NCBI GenBank assembly: GCA_963763535.1
Contig: CAVXOX010000004.1
Coordinates: 8,254-72,253 of the forward strand
DNA: 64,000 nt
Reading direction: 5' to 3'
Source of the DNA: an uncultured Acidobacteriota bacterium
GTDB taxonomy: Bacteria; Acidobacteriota; Thermoanaerobaculia; UBA5066; Gp7-AA6
Within the stretch, counting starts at the first letter, position 1, and the number at the start of each line of letters is the position of its first letter. The translations under genes and the position numbers were made by a program. The notes below the pieces were generated by a model. The model was not told the DNA's origin, did not search any database, and saw only the letters and a list, made by a program, of their open reading frames with translations. Shown piece after piece: positions 48,501 to 58,886 of this stretch.

Positions 48501-48971
48501 GGCGGCGGCAACTACTGCCCCGACGCGCCGAACACGCGCGCCCAGATGGCGGTCTTCCTGCTGAAGGCGGAGCACGGCGCCTCCTACACGCCGCCCGCGT
48601 GCGCCGGGATCTTCGCGGACGTGCCCTGTCCGGGAGGCTTCGCCGTCGACTGGATCGAGCAGCTCGCCAACGAGGGCGTCACGACCGGCTGCGGCAACGG
48701 GAACTACTGCCCCGACGCTGCGGTGACGCGCGCCCAGATGGCGGTCTTCCTGCTGAAGACCCACCTGGGTTCCAGCTACGTGCCGCCGCCGGCCGTCGGC
48801 ATCTTCGGCGACGTCCCGCCGGGATCCTTCGCGGCCGACTGGATCGAGGACCTCTACAACCGCTCGATCACGGGCGGCTGCCAGGCGTCGCCGCTGCTCT
48901 ACTGCCCCGACAACCCCAACACCCGCGGTCAGATGGCCACCTTCATCACGAAGACTTTCGGGTTGCCGTAA
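45540..48971 (+). CDS. PQQ-dependent sugar dehydrogenase-like beta-propeller + PKD + DUF11 + Ig + SLH-like cassette (frameshifts at ~46539 and ~48175)
   Basis: DRGLLGLAVDPNF, FGADGYLYV, GMRNPFR, ADVGWN..EE, YSWDLNGDG. Three ORF pieces are colinear with the intact paralog at 49124. Confidence 0.85.
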
Positions 48972-49123
48972 ATCCGTATCGGCTCGCTGGCTTCATTCGA
49001 GTAACCACCGAGCAACGCCGGCTGGCGCCGGCGCCGGCTCGGACCCCTGTCCGGACGGGCGGCCGTTGACCGAAGGGCCAGGCCCGCGACATACTCCCGT
49101 CCCCGTTTCACAAGGGAGGGATC

Positions 49124-52100
49124 TTGAGGCTGGCCGGCGAGCAATTGGTCGCGGGTTCGCGGGGCCCCGCGCTCCGTCCTCGGCGCGCGGCCGCGGCGGC
49201 CGCGGTCCTCCTTCTCGCCGTGACGACGGCGGCCCTGGCGACCTCCTTCAAGCAGGCCGGTTTCTCGGAGACCGCCGTCTTCACCGGGCTGACCAACCCG
49301 ACCGTCGTCCGCTTCCTCCCCGACGGCCGCGTGCTCGTGGCCGAGAAGAGCGGTCTCCTGAAGATCTTCCCCAACCTCACGACGAATACGTTCACGGTCG
49401 TCGCGGACCTGAGGACCGAGGTGCACAACTTCTGGGACCGCGGGCTCCTGGGCCTGGCGATCGACCCGAACTTCGCGTCGAACAACTTCGTGTACGTCCT
49501 CTACTCCTACGACGCTCCGATCGGCGGCTCGCCGCCCCGGTGGGGCGTCGCCGGTCAGACCTCCGACGGCTGCCCGACGCCGCCCGGGGCGACCACGGAT
49601 GGCTGTGTCATCAGCGGCCGGCTTTCGCGGCTCACCGCGACCGCCGGGGACTGGGGGGCGAGCGAGACGCCGCTCATCAACGACTGGTGCCAGCAGTTCC
49701 CGAGCCACTCGATCGGATCGCTCGACTTCGGCGCCGACGGTTATCTCTACGTCTCGGGCGGCGACGGCGCGAGCTTCAACAACGCCGACTGGGGACAGTT
49801 CGGCGGCACGTCCGGAGCGCCGCCCCCGATTCCCGCCAACCCGTGCGGCGATCCGCCGTTTCCGGTCGGGACGCCGCAGACGAAGCCCACCGGCGAGGGC
49901 GGCGCGCTGCGAAGCCAGAGCCACCTGCGCACGGCGGGCGAGGCGAGGGTCCTGAACGGATCGATCCTGCGCATCGACCCCGCCACCGGCGCGGCGGCTC
50001 CCGGCAATCCCCTGATCGGGTCCGGCGACCTCAACGAGCAGCGGATCATCGGCTACGGCCTGCGGAACCCCTTCCGCATGATCGTGCGCCCGGGCACGAA
50101 CGAGGTCTGGATCGCCGACGTCGGCTGGAACACGTGGGAGGAGCTCAACCGGATTCCGGACCTGACGAGCGCGCGCAACTTCGGATGGCCGTGCTTCGAG
50201 GGCAACGCGGCTCAATACACGGGCCTGAACATCTGCCCGCCGCAGGCGCAGACGACCGCGCCGCTGCTGACGTACAACCATTCTGCGTCGGTCGTCGCGG
50301 GCGACGGCTGCCCGACCGGAAGCTCCTCGGTCGCGGGCCTCGCCTTCTACCAGGGCGGCAGCAACTACCCGTCGAACTACCCGAACTCCCTCTTCTTCTC
50401 GGACTACTCGCGCAAGTGCATCTGGGTGATGTTCGCCGACGGCGGCGGCAATCCGGACCCCGGAAACGTGGCCGCGTTCGCATCGAGCGCGGCGGGCCCG
50501 GTCGACCTGAGGATCGGCCCGGACGGAAACCTCTTCTACGCCGACTTCGACGGCGGCCGGATCATGGAGGTCGAGTACGGCCTCGCGGCGATCGCCACCG
50601 CGACGCCGACCTCAGGCAGCGCGCCGCTGACGGTCGACTTCGACGGCTCGGGATCGGTGCCCGCGCAGCCGGGCGACACGCTCACGTACGCCTGGGACCT
50701 CGACGGCGACGGCCAGTTCGACGACTCGAGCGCCCAGAAGCCCGTCTTCGTCTACGACACGCCGGGCACCTACACGGTCCGGCTCAGGGTGACCGACCAG
50801 CGCGGCGGCTCCTCGACCTCGGCGCCGATCACGATCTCCGCCGGCAACACGCCGCCGACGGCCTTCATCGACGGGCCGCCGTCCTCGCTGACGTGGAAGG
50901 TCGGCGACACGATCACGTTCTCGGGCCACGCGACCGACGACCAGGACGGCACGCTCCCGGCATCGGCCCTGTCGTGGCAGGTGATCATCCATCACTGCCC
51001 GTCGAACTGTCATACGCACATCTACCAGACTTACTCGGGCGTCGCGGGGGGCTCCTTTCCCGCACCCGACCACGAGTACCCCTCCTACCTCGAGATCCAG
51101 CTCACCGCCACCGACGCGCAGGGCTTGACCGGCACCGCGAGCGTGAGCATCCAGCCGCAGACCGCCTCGCTCATGTTCCAGACCAGCCCCACCGGGTTGC
51201 AGCTGACGGTCGGAACCTCGCCGCCCCAGACGACGCCGTTTACGCAGACCGTCATCGTCAACTCGCTGAATAGCGTCCAGGCCACCTCGCCGCAGGGCGC
51301 GCTGCCGAACATCTGGGAGTTCTCGTCCTGGTCGGACGGCGGAGCCCAGAACCACAACATCACGGCGCCGCCGGGCACGTCCTCCTACACGGCGACCTAC
51401 CTGACGCACGCGGACCTCGCGGTCGGCGCGAGCGTGACGCCGGAACCGGTCGGCGCCGGACTGCCGATGACCTACACGCTTTCCGTCTCGAACACCGGCC
51501 CCTCGCAGGCGAACTCCGTCACGCTCACCGACGCCCTCCCCGCGGGCGCGTCGTTCGTCTCCGCCGGCGGAACGGGATGGACCTGCGGCGGCACGGGGCC
51601 GGTCACCTGCACGCTGCCGGCGTTGCCCCCCGGGGCGGCGGCGCCGATCACGCTCGTCGTCACCGCGCCGAGCGAGGGCGCGTCGGTGTCGAACACGGCG
51701 ACCGTCGCATCGGCGACGAACGACCCGGCCTCGGGCAACAACTCGGCGACGACGCCCTCGACCGTCTTCGCGCGCGCCGACCTCTCGATCGGACAGACCG
51801 GCGCGCCGGCGGCGATCTGCGCGGGGGCGCCGATCACGTACTCGCTGAACGTGTCGAACGGCGGACCGTCGACCGCGGCGACGCTGACGGTCACCGATGT
51901 CCGGCCCGCCGGCGCCACCCTCGTCTCCGCGTCGGGCGCCGGCTGGTCCTGCAGCGGCACGGCCACGGTCACGTGCACGCGCCCCTCGCTCGCGCCCGGC
52001 TCCGCTCCCGCGATCACCGTCGCCACCACGGCGCCGTCGGCGGCGGGCACCGCGACGAATGCCGTGTCCGTCTCGTCGCCGACGAGCGATCCATCGGCCG

Positions 52101-53434
52101 CGAACAACGCGGCGAGCGCCTCGACCACCGTCAACGCGATCCCGCCGGCGCCGACCGTGGGCAACAGCGGACCGGTGTGCGTCGGCGGCACGCTGCAGCT
52201 CACCGCGTCCACCGTTCCCGGGGCGACGTACTCCTGGTCCGGCCCGAACGGCTTCGCGTCCGCGCTCCAGAATCCCACGATCGCGGGCGTCACGCCCGCC
52301 GCCGCGGGCGCCTACTCGGTGACGGTCAGCGTCGAGGGCTGCGCCTCGGCGGCGGGGGGTACCACGGTCTCCGTGCTGCCGGTGCCCTCGGCGCTCGTCA
52401 GCGGCGACGCGACGATCTGTCCCGGCTCCTCGACCGAGATCTCCGCCGCGCTGACGGGCACCGGGCCGTGGAACCTCATATGGTCGGACGGCCTGGCGCA
52501 GAGCGTCGGGTCCTCGCCCGCGACCCGAAGCGTGGCGCCGTCGGCCACGACCGTCTACACCGTCACGAGCGTGCAGGACGCCCTCTGCGCCGCGCCGGGC
52601 TCCGGCAGCGCGACCGTGACCCTGGCGCCGCCGGTTCCGGCGCCCGTCGTCGCGGCCTCGAGCTGGGTGCCGGCCGGCGCGACCGGCATCGCGGCGAGCG
52701 TGCCCGCGCACGACGGATCGACGTACGCGTGGACGCTGTCGGGAGGAACCATCTCGAGCGGCCAGGGCTCCCCGACCGTCACGATCGACGCCGGCGCGCC
52801 CGGCACGACCATGGTCCTCTCGTGCTCGGAGACGAGCGCGCAGGGGTGCGCGTCGCCGGAGGGCGTCGCGAGGATCCAGGTGGACTTCCTCGACGTGCCG
52901 CCCGCGCATCCCTTCCACGACTTCGTGGACACGATCGCGCGGGACGGCGTGACCGCGGGCTGCGGCGGAGGGAACTACTGCCCGGAGGCGCCAAACACGC
53001 GGGCGCAGATGGCCGTCTTCCTCCTGAAGGCGAAGTACGGCGCCGACCACGTGCCGCCGCCGGCCACCGGCAGCGTCTTCCAGGACGTCCCGGCATCGAA
53101 CCCGTTCGCGCCGTGGATCGAGGAGCTCGCCGGTCTCGGCGTCACGGGCGGTTGCGGCGGCGGCAACTACTGCCCTGGCGCTCCCGTCACCCGCGCCCAG
53201 ATGGCGGTGTTCCTGCTGAAGGCCCTGCTCGGGGCCAGCTACGCGCCGCCCGCGGCCATCGGTATCTTCGGCGACGTGCCCGTAGGCGCGTTCGCGGCCG
53301 ACTGGATCGAGGACCTCTACGGCCGCGGAATCACGGGCGGCTGCCAGGCCTCGCCGCTGCTCTACTGCCCGAGCAACCCGGATACCCGCGGCCAGATGGC
53401 GGTCTTCCTCACGAAGACGTTCGGGCTGCAGTAA
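49124..53434 (+). CDS. PQQ-dependent sugar dehydrogenase-like + PKD + 2x DUF11 + Ig domains + SLH-like cassette
   Basis: AAGGGAGGGA RBS before TTG; GLRNPFR, NFGWPCFEG, YAWDLDGDG, YSWSGPNGF; 3 SLH-like repeats. Confidence 0.9.
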   Translation: MRLAGEQLVAGSRGPALRPRRAAAAAAVLLLAVTTAALATSFKQAGFSETAVFTGLTNPTVVRFLPDGRVLVAEKSGLLKIFPNLTTNTFTVVADLRTEVHNFWDRGLLGLAIDPNFASNNFVYVLYSYDAPIGGSPPRWGVAGQTSDGCPTPPGATTDGCVISGRLSRLTATAGDWGASETPLINDWCQQFPSHSIGSLDFGADGYLYVSGGDGASFNNADWGQFGGTSGAPPPIPANPCGDPPFPVGTPQTKPTGEGGALRSQSHLRTAGEARVLNGSILRIDPATGAAAPGNPLIGSGDLNEQRIIGYGLRNPFRMIVRPGTNEVWIADVGWNTWEELNRIPDLTSARNFGWPCFEGNAAQYTGLNICPPQAQTTAPLLTYNHSASVVAGDGCPTGSSSVAGLAFYQGGSNYPSNYPNSLFFSDYSRKCIWVMFADGGGNPDPGNVAAFASSAAGPVDLRIGPDGNLFYADFDGGRIMEVEYGLAAIATATPTSGSAPLTVDFDGSGSVPAQPGDTLTYAWDLDGDGQFDDSSAQKPVFVYDTPGTYTVRLRVTDQRGGSSTSAPITISAGNTPPTAFIDGPPSSLTWKVGDTITFSGHATDDQDGTLPASALSWQVIIHHCPSNCHTHIYQTYSGVAGGSFPAPDHEYPSYLEIQLTATDAQGLTGTASVSIQPQTASLMFQTSPTGLQLTVGTSPPQTTPFTQTVIVNSLNSVQATSPQGALPNIWEFSSWSDGGAQNHNITAPPGTSSYTATYLTHADLAVGASVTPEPVGAGLPMTYTLSVSNTGPSQANSVTLTDALPAGASFVSAGGTGWTCGGTGPVTCTLPALPPGAAAPITLVVTAPSEGASVSNTATVASATNDPASGNNSATTPSTVFARADLSIGQTGAPAAICAGAPITYSLNVSNGGPSTAATLTVTDVRPAGATLVSASGAGWSCSGTATVTCTRPSLAPGSAPAITVATTAPSAAGTATNAVSVSSPTSDPSAANNAASASTTVNAIPPAPTVGNSGPVCVGGTLQLTASTVPGATYSWSGPNGFASALQNPTIAGVTPAAAGAYSVTVSVEGCASAAGGTTVSVLPVPSALVSGDATICPGSSTEISAALTGTGPWNLIWSDGLAQSVGSSPATRSVAPSATTVYTVTSVQDALCAAPGSGSATVTLAPPVPAPVVAASSWVPAGATGIAASVPAHDGSTYAWTLSGGTISSGQGSPTVTIDAGAPGTTMVLSCSETSAQGCASPEGVARIQVDFLDVPPAHPFHDFVDTIARDGVTAGCGGGNYCPEAPNTRAQMAVFLLKAKYGADHVPPPATGSVFQDVPASNPFAPWIEELAGLGVTGGCGGGNYCPGAPVTRAQMAVFLLKALLGASYAPPAAIGIFGDVPVGAFAADWIEDLYGRGITGGCQASPLLYCPSNPDTRGQMAVFLTKTFGLQ

Positions 53435-53465
53435 CCCGCGGTACGCACGGAAGAACTGAGGCGGC

Positions 53466-55169
53466 TCACGGCCGAAACGTGTCGGCCCGATACACCTCTT
53501 TGCCCTCGAGCAGCGTCCACAACACCTTCGCCTCGTGGATCCGCGACGGCGGGATCTCGAAGAGATTCCGGTCCAGCACGATCAGGTCCGCGGCCTTCCC
53601 GACCTCGATCGACCCGGTCTCCTTCTCGGTGAAGTCGAGATACGCGCCGCGGATCGTGTAGCCGGCGATCGCGTCGGGAAGGGTGATCCGCTCCTCCGGA
53701 AGCCACGCCGGCCCCGGGCCCTTCTCCGGCTCGCGGTGCGTGATCGCCACTTCGATGCCGTCGAGGGGATTCATCGACGAGACGCTCCAGTCGCTGCCGA
53801 AGGCGGTGACGCCGCCGGTGGCCTCGACGCTCGCGATCGGATAGATCCAGCGCGAGCGCTCGGGGCCGAGCTCGGGCTCGGTCATTCGGGTGATGTACTC
53901 GTCGCCGTTCGCCCAGAACGGCTGGAAGTTCGCGACCACGCCCAGGCGCCGGAAGCGCGGGATGTCGGCGGGGTCGACCAGCTCGAGGTGGGCGACGTGG
54001 TGGCGGGAATCGCGGGCCCCATTGGCGTTCCGCGCGGCCTCGAGCGCGTCGAGCGTGTCCCGCACCGCGCGGTCGCCGATGGCGTGGACGTGGATCTGGA
54101 AGCCCTCGCGATCGAGCGCCGTCGCCAGGGCGCGGAAGTCCGCCGGCGCGAGGTTCGTCTTCCCGCGGTCCGTGCCGAAGCCGATGTACGGCTCGAGCAC
54201 CGCGGCCGTCCGCGTCTCGATGACGCCGTCCGCGAAGATCTTGACGGCGTCGGCATGGAACCGCTTTCCCCGGTAGCGCGTCCGAAGGTCCCGGAGCCGC
54301 GGCATGTCCGCGAGGACTTTGTCGGTGTCGGCGGTGATCGCGGCCGATACGCGCGCGGTCAGGGCGCCCGCGTCCTCGACGGCGCGATAGGCGGCGAGGT
54401 CCGCCTCGGAGGCGCTCGCCTCCTGCAGCGAAGCGAGGCCGAACGCGTTCGCGACCTGAAGGCCCTTGCGCAGTCCGTCGACGTGCTCCTGCGGCGTCCT
54501 TCGCGGCAGGAACTTCGCCACCAGCCCGACGGCCTCCTCCCGCAGGGTGCCCGTGGGCTCGCCCGAGGCGTCGCGCTCGATGCGGCCGTGCGCCGGGTCC
54601 TTCGTCCCCTTCGTGATTCCGGCGATCGCGAGCGCCTTCGAGTTCGCCCACGCGGAGTGGCCGTCGCTCGCGTCGAGCAGGGCGGGACGATCGGACACGG
54701 CGTCATCGAGGAGCCGCTTCGAGGGATTGCCCCCCGGAAAGAGCGGGAGGTCCCAGCCGCCGCCGCGGATCCACGCGGCCTTCGGATGCGCGGCCGCGTA
54801 CGCGCGCACCGCCGCGAGCACCCGCTCGGCATTCGCGATCCCGTGCAGGTCGCACTCCATGGCCTCCATGCCGCCCGAGACCGGATGCACGTGGGAATCG
54901 TGGAACGCGGGCAGGAGCATTCGACCCGCGAGGTCGACGATCTTCGTCCGCGGACCGGTCCACGCCTTCGCGTCTCCGGAGGTCCCGACGAAGACGATCC
55001 GCCCGCCCGAGACGGCGACGGCCTCGGCCCAGCTCCGCGCGCCGTCCACCGTGTAGACCGCTCCCCCGGTCAGCACGAGCTCGGCGGGCGCGGGACCCGT
55101 CTCGTTCCCCGCGCGCGTCGAGGCCGCCGCGGCGAGGAGAGCGGCGGCGACGAAGAGGCGCCGCGTCAT
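53466..55169 (-). CDS. Exported amidohydrolase (YtcJ/Amidohydro_3 family)
   Basis: Signal peptide; PAFHDSHVH, DGHSAWANS, KIFADG, HVHAIGDRA, FGSDW, GSIEVGKAADL. ATG overlaps the upstream stop. Confidence 0.92.
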   Translation of the reverse strand: MTRRLFVAAALLAAAASTRAGNETGPAPAELVLTGGAVYTVDGARSWAEAVAVSGGRIVFVGTSGDAKAWTGPRTKIVDLAGRMLLPAFHDSHVHPVSGGMEAMECDLHGIANAERVLAAVRAYAAAHPKAAWIRGGGWDLPLFPGGNPSKRLLDDAVSDRPALLDASDGHSAWANSKALAIAGITKGTKDPAHGRIERDASGEPTGTLREEAVGLVAKFLPRRTPQEHVDGLRKGLQVANAFGLASLQEASASEADLAAYRAVEDAGALTARVSAAITADTDKVLADMPRLRDLRTRYRGKRFHADAVKIFADGVIETRTAAVLEPYIGFGTDRGKTNLAPADFRALATALDREGFQIHVHAIGDRAVRDTLDALEAARNANGARDSRHHVAHLELVDPADIPRFRRLGVVANFQPFWANGDEYITRMTEPELGPERSRWIYPIASVEATGGVTAFGSDWSVSSMNPLDGIEVAITHREPEKGPGPAWLPEERITLPDAIAGYTIRGAYLDFTEKETGSIEVGKAADLIVLDRNLFEIPPSRIHEAKVLWTLLEGKEVYRADTFRP

Positions 55170-55672
55170 GACTTCTTCCTGGCGATCTTTTGCCGGTCGT
55201 ACTTCTCGATGCGCTTCTTGAAATCGTCCGTCAGGGCGTTCGGGATCGGGATCGAGAGGTTGTACTGGGCGATCTTCCAGCCGGCCGTCGTCGCGACGAG
55301 GACCCCGGAGCCGCGGCACGGCCCGAGGTTCGGCGTGTCGAGCGCCTCGTCGAACCACGCGACGGTGCGGTCCGACGCGAACGTGATCCAGCGCGCGGTC
55401 GCCTTGAAGCTCCAGGCCTTCCCCTTCGCGAAGTAGGGATGCGCCCAGGCGCGGAATTCGTCCCGCGTCCAGCGCTCCGTCGGGTCGGTGCCGAGGAAGA
55501 CCGCGTCCGGCGTGAAGTAGGAGAAGTACTTCTCCTCGTCGGCCGCCGCGGCCGCCGTGTGCCACGCGTCGAGGACGCCGGCGATCGCGCCCTGCGCGAA
55601 AATGCCGTCGACCTGGGCGCGGGCCGCCGCCGGGAGCGCCGCGAGGAGAAACGCGAGCAGGATTCGTTTCAT
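55166..55672 (-). CDS. Exported NTF2/SnoaL-like protein
   Basis: Signal peptide; LDAWHTAAA, FLGTDPTERW, AWFDEAL, WKIAQYNLS. Confidence 0.85.
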   Translation of the reverse strand: MKRILLAFLLAALPAAARAQVDGIFAQGAIAGVLDAWHTAAAAADEEKYFSYFTPDAVFLGTDPTERWTRDEFRAWAHPYFAKGKAWSFKATARWITFASDRTVAWFDEALDTPNLGPCRGSGVLVATTAGWKIAQYNLSIPIPNALTDDFKKRIEKYDRQKIARKKS

Positions 55673-55726
55673 GGTCGTTTTCCCTCCGGGGCCGGGCCGG
55701 CGCGCATCATAGCCGCGAACGAAGGC

Positions 55727-58192
55727 TCAGCGGCTCGGGCACGCCGCCAGGCGTTCCTTCGCGGCGGCGAACTGCTCACGGCGCTTCGGCGGCAGTCCCC
55801 CGCCGGCCGCGATCGGCTCGAAGAGTCCAACCGCTCTGGCATAGAGGGAGCACGCCTCGCCCGCGTTCTCCGACCTCTCGAGGTCGGCCCACTCCACGCA
55901 GAGCGAACCGAGCATCCCCGACGCCCAGGCCCCCGACGGCGATGCGGCGACGACGGATTCGTAAGCCGAGCGCGCGAGGCGGAACTCCTGGATGGCCTCG
56001 GCGGGGCGCCCCAGCTTCGCCAGCGTCTCGCCGCAGTTGTGATGGCTCATGGCGACGCCGAGCACCGGATCCGTGCTCCTGCGGTCCGCGGCCGCCATCA
56101 CTTCGAAGGTCGCGAGGGCCCGCCGGTGCGCCTCGAGCGCCGCCGCCGGGTCCGCCAGCGCCTCGTCCGTGTTGCCGATCGCCAGGTAGGAGTAGGCGAG
56201 ATCGCGGTGAAACATCACGCTCGAGGGGTCCTCCCGAAGGAGCGCCTCCTGCATCGCGGCCGCGGCGCGGTACCGCTCGAGCGCGCGCGGGAGGTCCCGG
56301 GCATTGGCCGCGGCGTCGCCCGTCAGGTAGACGTTCTGCGCGAGGCTCCGGCGCACCGCTCGATCGGCGGGACGGATGCGGCTCTGCGCCTCCAGGATCG
56401 CCGCCTGGTGTCCCAGTGCGACTTCGGCATCGGCGTACTTTCCGACCGCGGTCGCATCGAACGCGACGTACTGCCACGCCTGAGCCAGCTCCATCTGCCG
56501 CTCGGGCGACGGGCTCTCCGCGGCGAGTCCCTGCCGCAGCGCGAGCCCCCGCTTCGCCCTCGCGAGCGCATCCTCCGGCCGGCCCCGGACGAGGGAGAGT
56601 CCGGCGTCGACCAGGTAGGTCGCCGCGAGCGTGCTCCGCTCCGCGTCGGTCGCGCCGGGCGAACCGACCGCCGGCTCGAGCAGGTCGATCGCCTTGCGAT
56701 AGCTCGCCGCCGCGCCGTCGACGTCGCCGAGGTTCGCCGCGTACGCGTTGCCCTGAACGTCGCCGACGCGACGATAGGCCTCCGCGAGCTCGCGGCGCAG
56801 CGTGCGGTCGCCGCTCGACTCGGCGGCGAGCGAGTCGAGGTACTCGAGCGCGCGGCGCACGACGAGGGCGCGGGCGGCGGTCGATCCCGGGAGATCCTGG
56901 ATCGCGTCGTGGAACTCGAAGAGGAACGAGTTCGCGAGCCGCCGCACGTCGTTGAAGCGCCGCTCGGCGCGGGCCTCCGCGGCGCGGGCGCGGCGCGCCT
57001 CCGAGAGCGTCGCGAGCACGCCGCCGACGAGCGCGACGAGGACGACCGCCGTCGCGGCCGCGCCCACGCGGTGCCGCCGTACGAACTTGCGCGCGCGATA
57101 GGCGGTCGATCCGCGGCGGGCCTCGACCGGCCTCCCCTCCAGGCAGCGGCCCACGTCCTCCGACAGCGCCGCGGCCGAGGCGTAGCGCCGCTCCGGCTCC
57201 TTGCGCATCGCCTTGAGGACGATCGCGTCGAGATCGGCCGAGAGGCCCGGCGCGTGCGCGCTCGGACGCTCCGGGTCCTGCTCGCAGACGAAACGCAGCA
57301 GATCGGCCGGATCGCCCGACTCGATCCGGTACGGCTTCCGGTCGGCGATCAGCTCGTACAGGATCACGCCGAGCGAGTAGACGTCGCTCGCGGTCGTCAC
57401 CGGCAGGCCGCGAACCTGCTCCGGGCTCGCGTACTCCGGCGTCAGCATTCGCTCGAAAGTGGCCGTCGACTCCGCGGCGTCGGATCCGGCTCCCTGCGAG
57501 AGGAGCTTCGCGATGCCGAAGTCGAGGAGCCGCACCGAGCCCTCCGGCGTCACGAGAATGTTGCCCGGCTTCAGATCGCGATGGACCACCAGGTGCTGGT
57601 GGGCGTACTGGACGGTCGCGCAGATCTCGCGAAAGAGGCCCAGGCGCTCCGGCAGCCGCACGCCGTTTCCGCGGCAGTGATCGAAGAGCGGCCGCCCCTC
57701 GACGTATTCCATGACGAAGTAGGGCTCGCCCGCCGCCGTCGTGCCGCCGTCGAGCAGCCGCGCGATGTTCGGGTGATCGAGGGCCGCGGCGATCTGCCGC
57801 TCGCTGCGGAAGCGCCGCACGTCGAGCTCACTGAAGAGCCCGGAGCGCATCAGCTTGACGGCCACCTTCTTCTGGAACTCGTCGTCGGCGCGCCGCGCGA
57901 GATAGACGACTCCCATGCCGCCGTGCGCGATCTCCGCGACCAGCTCGTAGGCGCCGACGCGCTCGCCCGCCCGGGTCGGCGGCTCGGGCACCTCGACGCC
58001 CCCGGCGACGGCGTTCGTCGCGTCGAGCAGCCCGGCGTCCCCCTCCGCCGCCCGAGCGAGCGACTCGACGCTCGCGCGAAGGCTCGCATCGCCGCCGCAG
58101 GCCGCGGCGATGTAGGCCGGGCGGTCGGCGGCCGGCCGCTCGAGGGCGTCGTCGAGAATCTCCTTGACCCGCCGCCACTCGTCCGGCGTCAC
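55727..58192 (-). CDS. Hanks-type Ser/Thr kinase with TM segment and TPR-like C-terminus
   Basis: GGMGVVY, VAVK, HRDLKPGN, LDFGIAK, TPEYASPEQ, DVYSLG, TM helix, helical repeats. Confidence 0.95.
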   Translation of the reverse strand: MTPDEWRRVKEILDDALERPAADRPAYIAAACGGDASLRASVESLARAAEGDAGLLDATNAVAGGVEVPEPPTRAGERVGAYELVAEIAHGGMGVVYLARRADDEFQKKVAVKLMRSGLFSELDVRRFRSERQIAAALDHPNIARLLDGGTTAAGEPYFVMEYVEGRPLFDHCRGNGVRLPERLGLFREICATVQYAHQHLVVHRDLKPGNILVTPEGSVRLLDFGIAKLLSQGAGSDAAESTATFERMLTPEYASPEQVRGLPVTTASDVYSLGVILYELIADRKPYRIESGDPADLLRFVCEQDPERPSAHAPGLSADLDAIVLKAMRKEPERRYASAAALSEDVGRCLEGRPVEARRGSTAYRARKFVRRHRVGAAATAVVLVALVGGVLATLSEARRARAAEARAERRFNDVRRLANSFLFEFHDAIQDLPGSTAARALVVRRALEYLDSLAAESSGDRTLRRELAEAYRRVGDVQGNAYAANLGDVDGAAASYRKAIDLLEPAVGSPGATDAERSTLAATYLVDAGLSLVRGRPEDALARAKRGLALRQGLAAESPSPERQMELAQAWQYVAFDATAVGKYADAEVALGHQAAILEAQSRIRPADRAVRRSLAQNVYLTGDAAANARDLPRALERYRAAAAMQEALLREDPSSVMFHRDLAYSYLAIGNTDEALADPAAALEAHRRALATFEVMAAADRRSTDPVLGVAMSHHNCGETLAKLGRPAEAIQEFRLARSAYESVVAASPSGAWASGMLGSLCVEWADLERSENAGEACSLYARAVGLFEPIAAGGGLPPKRREQFAAAKERLAACPSR

Positions 58193-58205
58193 GCGCGGGC
58201 CCCGC

Positions 58206-58790
58206 TCACGTCCACGGGGTGGCGTCGAGCCCGATCTCGTGGCGCAGGAACGCGCGCGCGGTCCGCCACTCGCGCTTGACCGTCGCCGTGGACACGCCCG
58301 CCACCTCGGCGGTCTCCTCGACCGAGAGGCCGGCGAAGAAGCGCAGCTCGACGACGCGCGCCTGGCGGGGATCGAGGCGCTCGAGCTCCGTCAGGGCGCG
58401 GTCGAGCGCGAGGAGCTCGGGGGCGCGGTCCGCGGCGGCGGCGACCTCCTCGCCCAGATCGACGTAGAGCGTCCCCGGCGAGCGCTTCGCCGCCAGCCGG
58501 CGGCGGGCGTGGTCGACGAGCACGCGCCGCATCATCTGGGCGGCGATGCCGAAGAAATGCGCCCGGTTCGCCCACGAGACCGAACGCTGGCCGACGAGGC
58601 GGAGGTAGGCCTCGTGGACGAGGGCCGTCGGCTGGAGGGTGTGGTCGCCGCGCTCCGAGCGCAGGTGGGAGGCCGCCAGGCGTCGAAGCTCCCCGTAGAC
58701 GAGCGGCATCAGGCGCTCGAGCGCACCGCGGTCCCCCGCGCTCCACTCCCGGAGGAGAGCCGTAACTTCCTGTCCGGACGGCTTTTCCAT
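58206..58790 (-). CDS. ECF sigma factor, kinase-associated type
   Basis: LMPLVYGELRRLA, HTLQPTALVHEAYLRL, MRRVLVDHAR, VELRFFAGLS..ETA, TVKREW. Confidence 0.95.
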   Translation of the reverse strand: MEKPSGQEVTALLREWSAGDRGALERLMPLVYGELRRLAASHLRSERGDHTLQPTALVHEAYLRLVGQRSVSWANRAHFFGIAAQMMRRVLVDHARRRLAAKRSPGTLYVDLGEEVAAAADRAPELLALDRALTELERLDPRQARVVELRFFAGLSVEETAEVAGVSTATVKREWRTARAFLRHEIGLDATPWT

Positions 58791-58886
58791 GAATGTCCCA
58801 GGCTTTTCGGGCGGGATTTAACCACAGCCGACGAATATGATCCCGGTCCTCCGCGCTCCCCGCGTTTGGAGAGGAGGCCAATCCTC

